Source: the human T2T-CHM13v2.0 reference genome, Homo sapiens
DNA length: 64,000 nucleotides
NCBI RefSeq assembly: GCF_009914755.1
Contig: NC_060936.1
Strand: one strand, 5' to 3'
Shown here: in pieces, positions 17,268-29,605 of the stretch
Position numbering within the stretch: position 1 is the first letter of the stretch
Layout: each line of letters starts with the position of its first letter
Translations under genes and position numbers: made by a program
Notes under the pieces: model-generated
Databases searched by the model: none
Seen by the model: only the letters and a program-made list of their open reading frames with translations
What the model was told of the DNA's origin: nothing

Positions 17268-17776
17268 TGTTGGGAACAGGCCCCCAAATCTGGCCATAAA
17301 CTGGCCCCAAAACTGGCCATAAACAAAATATCTGCAGCACTGTGACATGCTCGTGATGGCCTTGACGCCTATGCTGGAAGGTTGTTGGTTTACCTGAATG
17401 AGAGCAAGGAATACCTGGCCCACCCAGGGCGGGAAACCTTTTAAGGTGTTCTTAAACCATGAACAATAGCATGAGCGATCTGTGCCTTAAGAACATGTTC
17501 CTGCTGCAGTTAACTAGCCAGACCCATCGCTTTATTTCAGCCCATCCCTTTGTTTCCCATAAGGAATACTTTCAGTTAATCTATAATCTATAGAAACAAT
17601 GCTTATCACTGGCTTGCTGTTAATAAATATGTGGGTAAATCTCTGTTCGAGGCTCTCAGCTCTGAAGGCTGTGAGACCCCAGATTTCCCACTCCACACGC
17701 CATATTTCTGTGTGTGTGTCTTTAATTCCTCTAGCACCGCTGGGTTAGGGTCTCCACGACTGAGCTGGTCTCAGCA
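17268..17776 (+). mobile_element. LTR3-family solo LTR (HERV-K HML-6)
   Basis: Starts TGTTGGGAACAGGCCCCCAAATCTGGCCATAAAC; 6 bp TSD gctcac/gcttac; AATAAA near 17622. Confidence 0.85.
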
Positions 17777-18173
17777 GCTTACCCTGGTCCTGCCCCAAGG
17801 GGAAATGACTTTCATTCTGGTTCTCCTATTTTTATCAGATTTCTCTCTAATGGTATAGAAAGGTGCTTTATTACTTTTCCAGCAAAGAATCAATCTAGGA
17901 TTTACTCTGTGTAAACAAACCAAGGTTCAGAGACAGTCTCTTCCATGTTACCATTAGGGTTCCATTCTGCGTTTTTTTTTTTTAATTATGTTTTGTTTTG
18001 TTTTGTTTTGTTTTTGCTAAAAGCATTCAAGGATTCTTGACCTTGACAAGGAACAGAGGTATCTAGATGAAGTTAAATAGTAAGGATGCTATCTCTTTTA
18101 AAGGAAATTATTTCCAGATAATGATAAGAAAACTAGCTACAATATCCTTTGGGTGCAGGAAATGCATAATATA

Positions 18174-21082
18174 AACAAACCTTGGAGATATTATGGGTTT
18201 GATTAGAGAACACCACAATAAAATAAGTCACACAAATGTTTTGGTTTCCTAATGTATATAAAAGTTATGTTTATACTATACTGTAGTCTGTTAAATGTGC
18301 AATAGCATTATGTCTTAAAAAACAGTATATCTACCTTAATTTCAAAATCTGTTATTGCTAAAAAAATGCTATTGATCATCTAAGCTTTCAGCCAGTCCTA
18401 ATTTTTTGTTGGTGGAGGGTCTTGTCTTAATGTTGATGGCTGTTGACTGACTGGGGTGGTGGTTGCTGAAGGCTAGGAGGCTTTGGCAATTTCTTAAAAT
18501 AAAAAAATGAATTTTGTGCACTGGTTGACTCTTTTTTTAATGAAAGATTCTCTGTAGCATGTGATGATATTTGAAGCATTTTACCCACAGTGGAACTTCT
18601 TTCAAAATTGAAGTCAGTCCTCTAAAGCCTTGCCGTTGCTTTATCAACTAAGTTTATGTATATTCATAGGAGTAGATTCCATCCCAAGAAACACTTTCTT
18701 TGCTTAGCCATGAGAAGCAACTACTCATATATTCACGTTTTCTCACAAGATTGCTGCAATTCCGCCACGACTTCAGTCTCCATTTCTAATTCTAGTTCTC
18801 TTGTTATTTCTACCACATCTGCAGTTACTTCCTCCACTGAATTCTTCAACCCCTCAAAGGCATCCATGAGAAATGGAATCAACTCTTTCCAAACTTCTGT
18901 TAGTGTTGTATTTTTGACTTCCTTCCATGAATCATGAAAGTTGTTCATGGCATTCAGAATAGTGACTCCATCCCAGAAAGTTCTTAATTTACTTTATCCA
19001 GAACCATCAGAGGAATCCCTATCTTTGGTAGTTAGAGCCTTACAAAATGTATTTCTTAAATAATATTAATAAGACTTAAAAGTTGAAATGACTCCTCAAT
19101 TCAAGGGCTGAAGAATGGATGTTGTGCTAGAAGGCAAGAAAACAACATGTATCTCCTTGTACATCTCCATTAGAGCTTTTATGTGACCAGGTGCATTGTC
19201 AATGAGCAGTAATATTTTAAAATGTATAAGTTGTTTTCAGAGCAGTAGGTCTCAATAGCAGGTTAAAAATATTTACTAAACCATGTTATAAACAGATGTG
19301 CCACCATCCAGACTTTGTTTATTCACTTGTAGAACTCAGACAGAATAGATATAGCATAATTCTTAAGGCCCTAAAGTTTCAGAAAAATAAGTGAGCAATG
19401 GTTTCAACTTAAAGTTACCAACTGCATTAGCACCTCTGAAGAGAGACAGCCTCTCCTTGGAAGCTTTGAAACTAGGCATCACCTACTCTGTTCTAGCTAT
19501 GAAAATTCTAGATGGCATCTTCTTTCAATATAAGAAAGAAGTCTGCATTAAAAATATGTTGTTTAGTGTAGCCACTTTCATCAATTAGTTTTGCTAGATC
19601 TTCTGGATAACCTGCTACAGCTTCTATATCAGCACTTGCTGCTTCACCTTGCACTTGTATGTTATGGAAACAACCTCTTTCCTTAAACTTCATGACCCAA
19701 ACTCTGCTAGCTTCCAAATTTTCTTCTGCAGCTTCCTCACCATTCTCAGCTTTCATAGAATTAAAAAGAGTTAGGGTTCTAGATTAGGCTTTGGTTTAAG
19801 GGAATGTTGTGACTGGTTTGATCTCTTATGCAGACAACTACAACTTTCTCCATATCCACAATAATGAAAATGGCCCCACCCCCAAATTTCATAAAATGAA
19901 TGAAGGGGGAAAAATCCAACTAGGCTTGCAGCACAATGGCAGCAATGATTAAGCCAGCTTGTCCTTTGACTCATTTCTGTGTAGCCATTTGTAGCTTAGT
20001 ACCCTAGGATAATGTAGGCCTTGTCAGAAGACTTTTTTCTTTTTCTGTTCCATAGATAAAATCTAAGACATTGTGAGATGATAAACTTTTGTTTGAGGTT
20101 GTTCCTTAGGTTCTGCATACCAACAAAACCACCAATGCCACCCAGTGTGGAGGGCCCGGTGAGAAACTGACACATGATAGAATGCAGTTACCACATTCTG
20201 ATGATTTCATCCCCCTTACCCTGATCAGTAGATGATCTCAAATGTTCCAACCCCTGCCCTCCACAATCCTTTAAAAATTCTTGCCCAGAACAGCTTCACA
20301 AAAAATATTTGGGGCTTGAGAATTCTTCTCATTTTCTTGTTCTGTGCCTTGCGATTGTTAAACTCTTTCTCTGCTGCAAACCTGCAGTCAGTGTATTGGT
20401 CTGCTGCTGCACGGTGGGCATAGCAACCTGGTAGTACTATTACAATAAGGCTTCTTGGCTTTCTTAGCATTTGTGTGTTCATTTGGGGTAGCACTTTTAA
20501 AATTGCCTTCTAAGACATTTCCTTTGCATTTACAACTTGGCTAACTCTTTTGTGTAAGAAGCCTAGGTTTCAGCCTCATCTCAGTTTTGGACATGTCCTC
20601 CTAGCTTTTGATTTAAAGTGAGAGACATGAGAGTCTTCCTTTCACTTGAACACATGAGGCCATTGTAGGGTTATTAACTAGCCAAGTTTTGGCATTGTTG
20701 TATCTCAGGTAATAGTTAGGCTTGAGAAGAGGGAGAACGAGATGGAGAACAGCTGGTCAGTGGAGCAGAACACACACGACATTTACTAATCGGTTCACCA
20801 TCTTATATGGGCATGGTTCCTGGTGCCCCAAAACAATTACAAAATTGACATCAACAGGCACTGATCACAGATTGCCATAAGATATATAATATTAATGAAA
20901 ATATTTTAAATTAATTTGACAGTTGCAAAATGTGACGGAGAGACATGAATTGAACACATGCTTTTGGAAAAAATGGTGTTGATAGACTTACTTGACATAA
21001 AGTTGCCATAAACATTCAATTTGTAAAAAATGCAATTTCTGCAAAATGCAATAAAGTAGGTTGCAATAAAACAAGGTATGAC
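18174..21082 (-). mobile_element. Second Tigger1, near full length with an internal deletion, interrupted by an LTR
   Basis: Colinear with 9683-12608; transposase remnants [18 protein letters not shown] and VEEVTADVVEITRELELE. Confidence 0.88.
19865..20444 (+). mobile_element. ERV1-class solo LTR (LTR8/LTR26-like) inside Tigger1
   Basis: TG...CA ends, 4 bp TSD ataa, MER4-group 3' end; subfamily uncertain. Confidence 0.7.
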
Positions 21083-21215
21083 TGTTCTCATCTATACAGA
21101 ACGTGGGTTGTTTTCAAGACATTTACTCAACTCCCATAAAAATTCAGGATATTGATGCAGGGAAGTGCTGATGTCAGTGGCAGGTAAGTGTCACCCAGTG
21201 CAGCCTCCCTTCTCA

Positions 21216-21942
21216 TGCAATCACCCAACAGGTTCTTCCTGGCCGTTGCACAGACAAAATCCATCAACTGAGACACCAGTATTGTAGCAGAGAAAGAAAT
21301 TAATTGACACAAGGCTGTCCTACTTGGTAGAACTGGAGTTATCACTCAAAGTCTCCATGAAGGCTTGAAGGCTAGTATTTTTATGGACAATTTGGTGGGC
21401 AGGGGGTTAGGGAATGGGTGTTGCTGATTGGTTGAGGGGGAGTGAAACCATAAGGGTATAGAAAATGGTCCTCACGAGCTCAGTCTGCCTCTGGGTGGGG
21501 CCACAGGATTAGTTGAGTCATAAGCCAGGAGTCCAGGTGGGGTTAGTCTGAAAAACACCTCAAAAAAAAAAAACCAACCTTAACTTCTACAATATTGATG
21601 CTATCTATAGGAGCAATTGGGAAGGTCACTAGACACATGACTCCTGAGCAGTAAGTGATTATAGAAACTACACCTACACTTTAGCAGAGCTCAGGCCCCT
21701 CTCATAATCCTAACCTCGTGACCTTTTTATTAGTTTGTCAAAAGCTATTAGTTTGTCAAAAGCTGAGTTTTGAGAAGAGCTATTATCATGCTTGCCTTAA
21801 GGTTAAACTATAAACTAAATTCCTCCCAAAGTTAGCTTGGCCTACACCCAGTAATGATCAAGTCAGCTTGGAAGTCAGAAGCAAGATTAAATCAACTATG
21901 CCAGATTTCTCTCACTGTCATAATTTTGCAGAGGTGGCTTCA
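21216..21942 (-). mobile_element. LTR8-family solo LTR
   Basis: Minus strand starts TGAAGCCACCTCTGCAAAATTATGACAG; 4 bp TSD ctca. Confidence 0.8.
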
Positions 21943-22076
21943 CTCATAGCATGAGAACCTTTGTGTCAGAAGCACTCCGTCCTGCTTCTCTGACCTCTTT
22001 TATCTGCCTACTCTCATTCACCATTTCACCTTTATGCTTATCCTCTTTTCCTTCATATTAGGGGAGTTTTTCTTAG

Positions 22077-22514
22077 TGTTGGGTTCCACAAAAATATGAA
22101 ACTCATTGAAGGGCTGGATGATTGACACTTGAATGGCATCCTGAATTCCATAAAGGAGTAGGGACTGGGGTTTATTGGAGGGGGCTTCTGAAAGAGGGAC
22201 ATGTTGTGGGAGGGTGAAGGTGAGGAAATACATGTTGAATAAAGATTTTCTTGCTATGTAAATGAGAGTCCTTCAGGGGAGAAATTGTTCAGGAGCAGCT
22301 CTTTTCCTGATATAGATAATTTTACTAATATAGATTTCCTTTACAGATGTAATTTTCCTTTACAAAAGGGCAGCTTTTCACATGACCTACTCTTGTGTCT
22401 GCAGTTTCTCAAAATAACCAGCTTGAAATATGCCAACAAAGATAAATATTTTTAGGGGACATATTTTAGTCTCCTGCTATCATATTTTGGGGTGATATGT
22501 CCTGAGCCCCAACA
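22077..22514 (-). mobile_element. ERV1-class LTR (MER34/MER39-like)
   Basis: Minus strand starts TGTTGGGGCTCAGG...CCCCAAAATATG and ends AACA; subfamily uncertain. Confidence 0.5.
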
Positions 22515-23059
22515 ACACATTTCTTTTTCTGGCATGCATCCCCAAATAGCCCCTGCATATAAGATAAGCAAAATAATTTGGGATATTTATATATCAAGTC
22601 CTGAGATCCATTGGTATGAGGGTGGCAAAGTTTTGAGCAGATCTAGGGGGAAAAGAAGTCCCAAGGCCTACAGATGCAAAAGTCTGTTTAAGTAAAACAA
22701 AGGTTCCTAGATATAAGAGAGGGGCAATGATAACTTGGGCTATAAGATGAAAGGCAAGGAGTGTTTGCTTCTATACATGTAATTGTATGTATATTTCTCA
22801 TTATCTATGTGGACAAAACTTAACCAGTTCTTCAAGAAGGTAACATAAAGGATTGGATTGTCAAATCAGTATCACAAGCATCCTCAGAGATTTCACCCAG
22901 TATCATGCTTTACTCATAATTTCAGTTATACAATAATTGTGAGATGCAGACAAAACAGTGGAAAACCCAGGCCTGCAAAAGCACCCACTCATTCTTACTT
23001 TCCCCTTAGGACACACTCTGGCCCAGACAAACAGATAAACATATGAGGTCTCTTAATGG

Positions 23060-23240
23060 TGTTTGTGGCTGCACCGTTTACACAAAAGGAGATGTTTTGG
23101 TTATGACACATCTTCATTTTATACTCAGATGGTTACATGGTTATGGTTACACATAGCTTATGTGACATTTTTCCAGGAAGCCAGCCTCCATAAACCCACA
23201 GATTCTAGTTTTATGCTTTTTTTTTATATAGTGTGTTTTG
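23060..23240 (+). promoter_or_regulatory. Candidate KLRD1 distal promoter with GAS/ETS element
   Basis: TTCCAGGAAG at 23171-23180 (TTCN3GAA overlapping GGAA), followed by a consensus donor at 23336; CD94 is known to have dual promoters. Confidence 0.55.
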
Positions 23241-23492
23241 CTCTTGTCACCCAGGCTGGAGTGCAATGGTGCGATCTCAGCTCATCAAGTTCAAGAGACT
23301 CTAATGCCTCAGCCTCCCAAGTAGCAGGGGTTACAGGTGAGTGCCACCATGCCCGACTAATTTTGTATTTTTAGTAGAGACAGGGTTTCTCCATGTTGGC
23401 CAGGCTGGCCTTGAACTCCTGACCTCAGGTGATCCACCTGCCTTGGCCTCCAAAAGAGCTGAGATTACAGGCGTGAGCCACTATGCCCAGCC
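23218..23492 (-). mobile_element. AluS with a short internal deletion
   Basis: Alu consensus; lacks the ctgcaacctccgcctccc segment. Confidence 0.92.
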
Positions 23493-24669
23493 TTAGTTTT
23501 ATTTTTTTATTTGATTTTACCACTAACAATTTTAGACAATCTAATACATCCTGCTAAAATCATTCCATTGATAAGGATTTTGCAAGCAAAACACACTATA
23601 TATAAGAAACCACTATAGCTAGTAGGTTTGTTATTAGCATGTTTACAATGAGATTTTACCAGGTCAGTAACGTCTTTTGTTTTTTCTCAGGGAGCCCTCT
23701 CTCTCTGTTAAAAGAATAATTTGCAGCCTGATGTGAGCAATTTTCTTTCCGCTCAAAGAATGCATTTTCTAAAAGCAGTGAGATCAAAATAAATTTTTCC
23801 CTTGGGGATACTAGAACGTATACTGTTATTTTGTTCTGCAACATTTTAGTTATACATTTTTAGGTAGGGAAAAGACTTCACTGTTTATATGTTAAGTGAA
23901 CATTAGTTTCTTTTCCCTGGCTTTTGACTAAGGTTTAAAAGTTGACTTAGCTATTGAAGTCATCACTTGCTCTTACCAAGGGCACTAGTAAATTGCAGGG
24001 GAGGAAGAGGGCATCTTCCTGCAATGGATACTAGGGGATGGAAAGTCCTGCAAAGAGAGACGTTCTTTTGGCAGGATACCTAACTTTTCAAAAGCAAATT
24101 TATGTAAGTGAAGCTGGATATTTCAGCGGAATTTAGTCTGGTTTCTCTCGGCAGCACACTCAGAGAATACTTTGAGTAGAAACTTTATTTGGAATTGTGT
24201 ATGCAATAAAGGTAGGAAAGGAAATGTAATAGGAAAGGGAAAGTGGAACGCAATAAAGGTTATTTTCTTAATCTAGCTTCTAGAGGAGGTGACTGGAACA
24301 TAACACTATTGAGTAATTCTGGGAACTGGGCAAAACACAATGTTCAGAATTACCTGACTTTAGGGCTGAGACTGCTTGACTGTATAGCAAATCACAAGAT
24401 TCGTTTGTTGACGCCCATTCTGGTGATGATTATTCAGCACTTCCGGATTAGCATGTCTGAGAACAGCAAGGCTTTCAGCAGTTATTGGAGAAAAAAAGAA
24501 CCCATAGATACAGCTATACAGATAACTAGTTGGCCATAGTTCCCCAAATATTCCAAGGGACATAGGCGAGGCAATGATAACTTCAGGAACAAGTGGAGAT
24601 GAGTGGGAGAGATACAGTACATGGAAATCATTCACCTGTCTACGTACAAAAATAAATAGAAAGAACAGA

Positions 24670-24987
24670 GGCCGGGCGCGGTGGCTCACGCCTGTAATCC
24701 CAGCACTTTGGGAGGCCGAGGCGGGCGGATCACGAGGTCAGGAGATCGAGACAATCCTGGCTAACACGGTGAAACCCCGTCTCTACTAAAAAAAAAAAAT
24801 ACAAAAAATTAGCTGGGCGTGGTGGCGGGAGCCTGTAGCCCCAGCTACTCGGTAGGCCGAGGCAGGAGAATGGCGTGAACACGGGAGGCGGAGCTTGCAG
24901 TGAGCCGAGTGAGCCACTGCACTCCAGCCTGGGTGACAGAGCGAGACTCCATCTCAAAAAACAAACAAACAAAAACAAACAAACAAA
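24670..24987 (+). mobile_element. AluY
   Basis: CpG-rich full dimer with AluY diagnostics. Confidence 0.95.
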
Positions 24988-25045
24988 GAACAATCAGAGT
25001 TGGCAGCTCAGAAAGAGTTAAAGAGGTATATACATATATGTTTAC

Positions 25046-25078
25046 TGTGTGTGTGTATGTGTGTGTGTGTGTGTGTGT
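25046..25078. repeat. (TG)n microsatellite 1.8 kb upstream of the KLRD1 ATG
   Basis: Direct reading. Confidence 0.95.
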
Positions 25079-26199
25079 TTAGGTATCTTAAATATTTAAG
25101 CCTGGAGTTCTTGAAGTAAACTTGTATTTGTTGGATTTTTATTTCTAAGTCAGTGAACTAAGATGAAAAAAAGGACAATGACTGATGGACGTATTCTCAC
25201 CAAACAGGGTTCTAAAAACTTAGAACCTCTAACTTCCAAATAAAGGTGGTTGTGTTAGTAATGAAAGTGTAGTAATAATCCCTATTGCACATTCTGTCAT
25301 AAATTTGTACTCTCTCAAGAGAAAAACTAAAAGCAAACCCCTAATCTCCTATATTTTGAGGCAATTTTACATGGGGGAAAAATAATATCAGACAGGTTTC
25401 TTCCAGACCAGCTTTTTCTAACACTAAAAATGAATAGATTTCAAGTAAGCAAAGGATTTTTAAATAAATCACTTCAACTAAGATTTGCATACAGTCTGGA
25501 TGAAGTAGATTTTACGCTTATATTCTTCAGTGAGGATTTATAGCTCAACAAATTTGGTGGTGCAATGAAAGCAGCTCTAGGCACACAATGCAAACTGAAA
25601 AGATGGAAAGTTTTGACTTCATAAAAACTGAGAAGTCAAAGTAGTCTTTTCTTTCATTTTTTTCTGTTGTTGGTTGAAAGCCCATCTTTTACAAAAGGGT
25701 TTATCTATAGTAATATTATAATGCTTGAACATAAACAATATACAAAATATAATACACAAAACATTTATTTGAGTGTCTGCTTTTGTATGGGGGTGCATGG
25801 TAGATTGTATTTCCAGATACTAAATCATGGATCGAAATCTCTCCTTTCAAGATTCTTATTATAGCCAATCTCTTCCACATTGGAAATTTGACCTGTTCCA
25901 CATTTGATATTCCTATTAACAAGGTTACTCTTCTGTAGATGAAAAAGTGTATATCGAAGTATCAGTATAGTATCTGAATTAGATAACACACTAAACAATA
26001 TAATAATGTATTAGTAAAAATAAGGAAAATAAAGAAGCTGAAGTCGTGCTTAAAGAACTTTAAGAAAATGAAAATTGAGGTGTTGAAAAAAGCTTTTAAG
26101 GCTAACGTGAATGAGGCGTCCAAGTGGGAAACCCATCCAGTTCTACTTTTTTGAACTTTGCCTGTCGTGGCCAGGATAATTAGGTAGAGATCAGAAGAA

Positions 26200-26395
26200 C
26201 AGAGTGAGACATGGAAATCCCAATTTATGTGACCTTGGGCAAATTACTTAGCTCTGTATGCCTCAGTTTTCTCTTTGATAGATTGAAGATATTTATATAT
26301 CTTTACTATCAAGCCATTTACAGAAATAAATGAGCTAAGATATGCCAAGTGCTTTAAATTGTGTTAAGTACAAGGTAAATAATAAATGTTTATTA
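26200..26395 (+). mobile_element. MIR
   Basis: Core tgtgaccttgggcaaattactt...gcctcagttttctc. Confidence 0.75.
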
Positions 26396-26599
26396 TTAAA
26401 AGAGGAAAATTCTGTAAGTAATTTTGTTATGCTAAGTAAATTTACCTTTGGTTTGCCCATCATTTCCTTCATTTTCCAGATAACCCTTTAAAATGAATTT
26501 GATTTTCAAACAATAAAAAACAAAACAGCAACAAAACTCCCTCTGACCTCCTCTCACCTTCTTTAGTCCTTGCCAAAGTGTTAATATTGCAAAAGTACT

Positions 26600-26680
26600 G
26601 TGAGAATTTCCTGTATTGTGGTTCCTGGAACACTTTAGAGGCTTGTGATTCTACTGCTTCTTATTCACACTATAATACAT
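26600..26680 (+). promoter_or_regulatory. Candidate KLRD1 proximal promoter: RUNX + STAT5-type GAS/ETS composite
   Basis: TGTGGT (26617-26622) overlapping TTCCTGGAA (26622-26630), TTTCCTG just upstream, TATAAT-like motif near 26670; about 250 bp upstream of the ATG. Confidence 0.65.
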
Positions 26681-26870
26681 GTCTCACCAATAGATGATTC
26701 AAGAACATCATTTAAATACACAATTTTTCATTCTCTTTTTTTGCTAAATTTCTTCATACTCAACTTTCAGATTCTTTAATCTCCAGCTCAGCTTCAACAA
26801 TTCAACGCTGTTCTTTCTGAAAAAGTACACATCGTGCCTTCTCTACTTCGCTCTTGGAACATAATTTCTC

Positions 26871-26877
26871 ATGGCAG
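26871..26877 (+). CDS. KLRD1: CD94 coding exon 1 (Met-Ala plus first base of Val)
   Basis: ATGGCAG|gtatgt donor; joins in frame to 28181 to give MAVFKTTLW, the CD94 N-terminus. Confidence 0.95.
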
Positions 26878-28180
26878 GTATGTGTGATTTCAGTCACTAA
26901 ATTAAAAATAACCAGAAAAGCTATTTCTTGGATTGGCTGATTTTGGGGTAATGCTTTAAGAGAAAAGGACATGATTAACAGTGGATGTTTTTAGGATTTT
27001 CATGCATTAGCACTTTCCACATTCATTATATTTTCCTGATTCTTCATTGTATAACTTAGACATGATTTCATGAAGTTTTTTTCACAGGTTTGAAGAGTGG
27101 TTTCTGACAGGGCTACCTTTAAATTCTGAGTGAGAACTGAACTTTAGCCTGGTTAAATTGTGAGCAACAGTGTTCTAGTATAGCAATAGAAAATGCCAAA
27201 TATTAATGACACAATGCTGAAAAGGTTTTAATTGACTATTTATGTTGTGACATCCAAAAATTACACAAATGAACAGTTTGACACATTGTACTGTTGTTAA
27301 TGACATCACTCTTTGAGAGTGTGTTCACGTTAGCACAGAATCTCCTAATGTTGAAATGTTTTAGGTGAAAGGCCTAAAAGCAAGTAATTTTGAGTATGAA
27401 CAAATGGAATGTTCTAGGGGAAAAAGGATTGTTTATGTATGTTCAATATACTGTGAAATGAAGCCAGGCCTCAAAGTTGTTACCCATCAATTTGTTATCA
27501 GTTATCACACCAAGTCCAGAATGTTCCTATGTCTTCTTTTCCCTATAATATCTCTACGAACCAATGAGCAGCTAGACATTTATCAGAGCAAAACCTGCAC
27601 TGAGATGAGGAGAGGGCATACTCTCAACTAGTATTATTGTGACAATGGTAGACTACGTTGAATGAAAGATTCTTGAGCTAGACACACTTTCATGTGATTT
27701 CTGACTTGGATACTTACTTGCTTTGATACCTTGAGAAAATAACATTATTATTGGACCTTATGTTTTCTCATCTATGTAATGAGAACCATACTATCTATCT
27801 TGTGATTTTGTTGAGAGAATAAAAATAAATGCCTGTTATGTAAGTCCATAAAACACAACGTGGTGCTTGTTAATATCTTCTACCTCCAGATCTTTAAGCA
27901 CCTCTGCCAATTTAAAATAAATGGTAAATTCACTTTACTGCAACAGAGCTGGTAGAGAAGAAAATGTTTGAATAATCTTCCTGAAGAATAAGATACATCA
28001 CATAAAAATGTTGGTATTGGGTGAAGTCCCGATTGGAAAGTCTTCAGTGTTTTATTGGCAAGATGACTCCGTTATCGAATGAAAGAATGTTGTGGATTCT
28101 CCGTCACTAGTTTCTGCTTTTAAGAACTCAGCTCCTGAGTTTGCTCTTTAAGTCATTACTCTGTCTGTCTTTCTCTACAG

Positions 28181-28273
28181 TGTTTAAGACCACTCTGTGG
28201 AGGTTAATTTCTGGGACCTTAGGGATAATATGCCTTTCGTTGATGGCTACGTTGGGAATTTTGTTGAAAAATT
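28181..28273 (+). CDS. KLRD1: CD94 coding exon 2, short cytoplasmic tail and type II transmembrane segment
   Basis: ctctacag| acceptor, |gtaagt donor; 93 nt encoding FKTTLWRLISGTLGIICLSLMATLGILLKN. Confidence 0.97.
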
Positions 28274-28418
28274 GTAAGTTTTTCTAAGCAAGTCTCCATA
28301 AAAATCAAAACTGTGAAGACATCATTTAATAATAAAGGCTTCATCTTGCTAATGTGTAATATTTTAGTATTTCATAAACCCATACCTAATTAAACAAATT
28401 TCTAATCATTTCTTATAG

Positions 28419-28481
28419 CTTTTACTAAACTGAGTATTGAGCCAGCATTTACTCCAGGACCCAACATAGAACTCCAGAAAG
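28419..28481 (+). CDS. KLRD1: CD94 coding exon 3, stalk
   Basis: cttatag| acceptor, |gtaggt donor; 63 nt encoding SFTKLSIEPAFTPGPNIELQK. Confidence 0.97.
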
Positions 28482-28909
28482 GTAGGTCACATTTTTTGGA
28501 AAACTTAGCATTGGTAAAAGATTAAATAGGCAGTTTCTTGTTTTTCACACAGAGAGGCATGATGGAATATTATACTTAGTAATAGAAATTTGCCTACCAG
28601 TGTAGGATAGTCTCATTTTACATTACTCAATCTAATGTAAAAATGATTAAATTACACTGAATGTGTATCATTTGTACATTTAACTAATCAGGAAAATAGT
28701 AGCCTGAAACGAAAGATATGTTTCCTATATGAGTGCTCATAATTAAGTAACAAAAAATAAACCACAGGAAATGTTACAGTTAATCCTCATTACCTGCCTG
28801 AATTTGCTTATAACCTATACTTTTGCATCTCACTACTTTTCCTTTTCCAGAATATACTGCACAGATTTCTAAACCTTACTTATCCAGTGAAAGCCAGCTC
28901 AAAGTCCAA

Positions 28910-29605
28910 TTTTCGTTTTTGGAGATGGAGTTTTGCTCTTGTCGTCCAGGCTGGAGTGCAGTGGCACGATCTTGGCTCACTGCCACATCAGCCTCCCTGG
29001 TTCAAGTGATTCTCCCACCTTCCTGCCTCAGCCTCCCAAGTAGCTGGGACTACAGGCGCCCGCCACCATGCCCAGCTAATTTTTGTGTTATTAGTAGAGT
29101 CAGGGTTTCGCCATGTTGGCCAGGCTGGTCTCGAACTCCTGACCTCAGGTCATCCACCTGCCTCGGCTTCCAAAGTGTTGGGATTATGCCGTACCCAGCA
29201 GAGCCACTGCGCCCGGCCTCAATTTTCTAAATATGTATTTTTCGGAATGCGCCCCAAGTTGTCTCACCATCATCTTGATTATATAGTGTTTATTTACAGT
29301 GCAACATCTTGGCCAGGCACAGTGGCTCACGTCTGTAATCCCAGCTCTTTGGGAGGCTGAGGTAGGCATATTACTTGAGGTCAGAAGTTCAAGACAGGCC
29401 AACCCCGTCTGTACTAAAAATACAAAAATTAGCCAGGCATGGCGGCACGCACCTGTAGTATCAGTTACTCAGGAGGCTGAGGCATGAGAATCACTTGAAA
29501 CTGGGAGGCGGAGGTTGAAGGGAGCTGAGATGGTGCCACTGCACTCCAGCCTGGGCAACACAGCAAGACTCTGTCTCAAAAACAATTAAAAAATATAAAA
29601 ATAAT
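28910..29605. mobile_element. Divergent AluS pair in KLRD1 intron 3 (- 28910-29218; + 29311-29605)
   Basis: Alu consensus; second has TSD agtgcaacatctt. Confidence 0.93.

Noticed and set aside
26101-26190. Possible additional upstream exon ending TAG|gtagag near 26183
   Set aside because: Weak donor and no supporting promoter motif; cannot be supported without transcript data
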